Shown here: in pieces, positions 17,246 to 18,358 of the stretch
How the letters are laid out: each line of letters starts with the position of its first letter
Position numbering within the stretch: position 1 is the first letter of the stretch
Source: Silvanigrellaceae bacterium
GTDB taxonomy: Bacteria > Bdellovibrionota_B > Oligoflexia > Silvanigrellales > Silvanigrellaceae
DNA: 18,358 nucleotides
NCBI GenBank assembly: GCA_049423385.1
Contig: JBMSQQ010000066.1
Coordinates: 1 to 18,358, forward strand
Reading direction: 5' to 3'
Made by a program: the position numbers and the translations under genes
The notes under the pieces: generated by a model
Told to the model about the DNA's origin: nothing
The model's input: only the letters and a program-made list of their open reading frames with translations
Databases searched by the model: none

Positions 17246-18358
17246 ATGAAGAAGAGAAGATCAAACTTTCGCATTCTTTTGCTTTCTCTGTTTGTTTTCG
17301 GCTCTGTCGGATGCAAGAAGAAAACATCGTCTCTTGAAGAAGCTGAAACCATGGCTGTGAATGAACAGGACGCGGATTACAGTGCAAAGGTCAACGATGA
17401 AGCATCCATTCGTCCTGCGGTTCCATTTGAGACGGGAGCTGAATTCATCGATTTGCGAGGGGTTGGAGATTCTGCCTGGTCGGGGTTGCGCTCGTCATCG
17501 GCTCCGGCTTCGGGAATGAAAACTGCGCTCGAGCAGTTTGATCCGTCCCGAAGGATTCTGAAGGGTGATCTCAATTTCATCAATTGGGAATCCAGTGTCG
17601 GGACACGTTGCAGTTCATATTACAATGTCGATTATGCATTTTTGTCTCGTCCGGAAGCCGTGCTTCAAGCATTTGAACATGGATTCAATTTGTTTGGCCT
17701 GGCCAACAACCATTCGGAAGATTGTGCATCGGGTGTTCACCCTGATGGTCAGGGAGTTCCTGGAGCCGTTGCCACGGCAGCGCACATGAAAATTTTATCT
17801 CATCAAAAACCATTGGCTTGGCATGGTGTCGGACCCGCGGCCGGGTTGAGCTCCCCGTCCATTTTGACTTTTTCAGTGAAGTCGAGACTTGTGAAAGTGG
17901 TCTTTGGCTCCATCGCATTCCAGGATTGGGAATGTGTCGAGTCTGCTTGCGAGGCACGTGTGCAAGCTCTTTTGGGTGGTATGAAATCGGCCGCCGGAGA
18001 TTTGCGCATCCTGTCTGTCCATTCGCAGGGAAATGCAGCGTTCATTCGTGGCAAGAACTGGTCGGAAAGGTTTATTCGAGAATTTTCCGGTGATGTTGTT
18101 TTTGCCAGTGGGCCGCACACATGGGCTGGAGTCAAAATTGTCGAGCGTGATTCGGGAGGGCGTGGTGTTGTTTTTAATGGGCTCGGCAACTTCATGCACA
18201 ATCAGGTTGCGCCCAATCCGGACAATCTAATCGGTAGAGTGTTGCTCGACAGCAAAACTCTTCAGCCAAAGCAGGTCCAGGTGATTCCTGTATTGAACAA
18301 TGCACGGGATGTGGATGTTGTCCTTGCGGAGCCGGGGAAGGGTCTCCCGCGGGCCAAT
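17246..18358 (+). CDS. CapA/PGA_cap-family metallophosphoesterase-fold lipoprotein, partial (open to the window end; not in the supplied ORF track)
   Basis: Manual translation from ATG17246 (GGAG upstream) gives MKKRRSNFRILLLSLFVFGSVG-C (lipobox), then RGVGD, DLNFINWES, FGLANNHSED, LSVHSQG, FASGPHTW, FNGLGNFMH. These are the CapA-family motifs in order, and the frame has no stop to 18358. Confidence 0.88.
   Translation, partial: MKKRRSNFRILLLSLFVFGSVGCKKKTSSLEEAETMAVNEQDADYSAKVNDEASIRPAVPFETGAEFIDLRGVGDSAWSGLRSSSAPASGMKTALEQFDPSRRILKGDLNFINWESSVGTRCSSYYNVDYAFLSRPEAVLQAFEHGFNLFGLANNHSEDCASGVHPDGQGVPGAVATAAHMKILSHQKPLAWHGVGPAAGLSSPSILTFSVKSRLVKVVFGSIAFQDWECVESACEARVQALLGGMKSAAGDLRILSVHSQGNAAFIRGKNWSERFIREFSGDVVFASGPHTWAGVKIVERDSGGRGVVFNGLGNFMHNQVAPNPDNLIGRVLLDSKTLQPKQVQVIPVLNNARDVDVVLAEPGKGLPRAN

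Noticed and set aside
17377..18230. Cluster of short ORFs on both strands in the last kilobase
   Set aside because: All overlap the uninterrupted CapA-family frame starting at 17246, which explains the region.
1..18358. CRISPR array, IS element, prophage or toxin/defence system
   Set aside because: No regularly spaced repeats, terminal inverted repeats, transposase, integrase, phage or nuclease motifs were recognised, and intergenic gaps are all short.

Overview
An 18.4 kb, gene-dense bacterial chromosomal segment of roughly 50% GC. It is mostly core genome, with no transposase, integrase, CRISPR array or recognisable defence system. The gene mix (secreted lipoproteins, c-type cytochrome lipoproteins, GAF/HD-GYP, PAS hybrid kinase, sigma-28-like promoter) suggests a Bdellovibrionota/Oligoflexia-like or deltaproteobacterial organism, but this is an inference only. 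In order: a partial tRNA-Gly(GCC) (-); two tandem membrane-anchored sulfatase/alkaline-phosphatase-fold genes that appear to lack catalytic motifs, the first split by one in-frame TAG; nth; two di-heme cytochrome c lipoproteins flanking a 5'-truncated yjbQ remnant; ychF (-); an extended Fis-family regulator directly upstream of dnaB; a PAS hybrid histidine kinase (-) divergent from a GAF/HD-GYP phosphodiesterase; and three exported hydrolases (class 3 lipase, SLT-like lipoprotein, and a CapA-family lipoprotein absent from the ORF track that runs off the window). The best candidates for something undescribed are the pseudo-sulfatase pair with the in-frame amber codon, the di-heme lipoprotein pair, and the exported-hydrolase trio with a sigma-28-like promoter. 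None can be called a new system from sequence alone.
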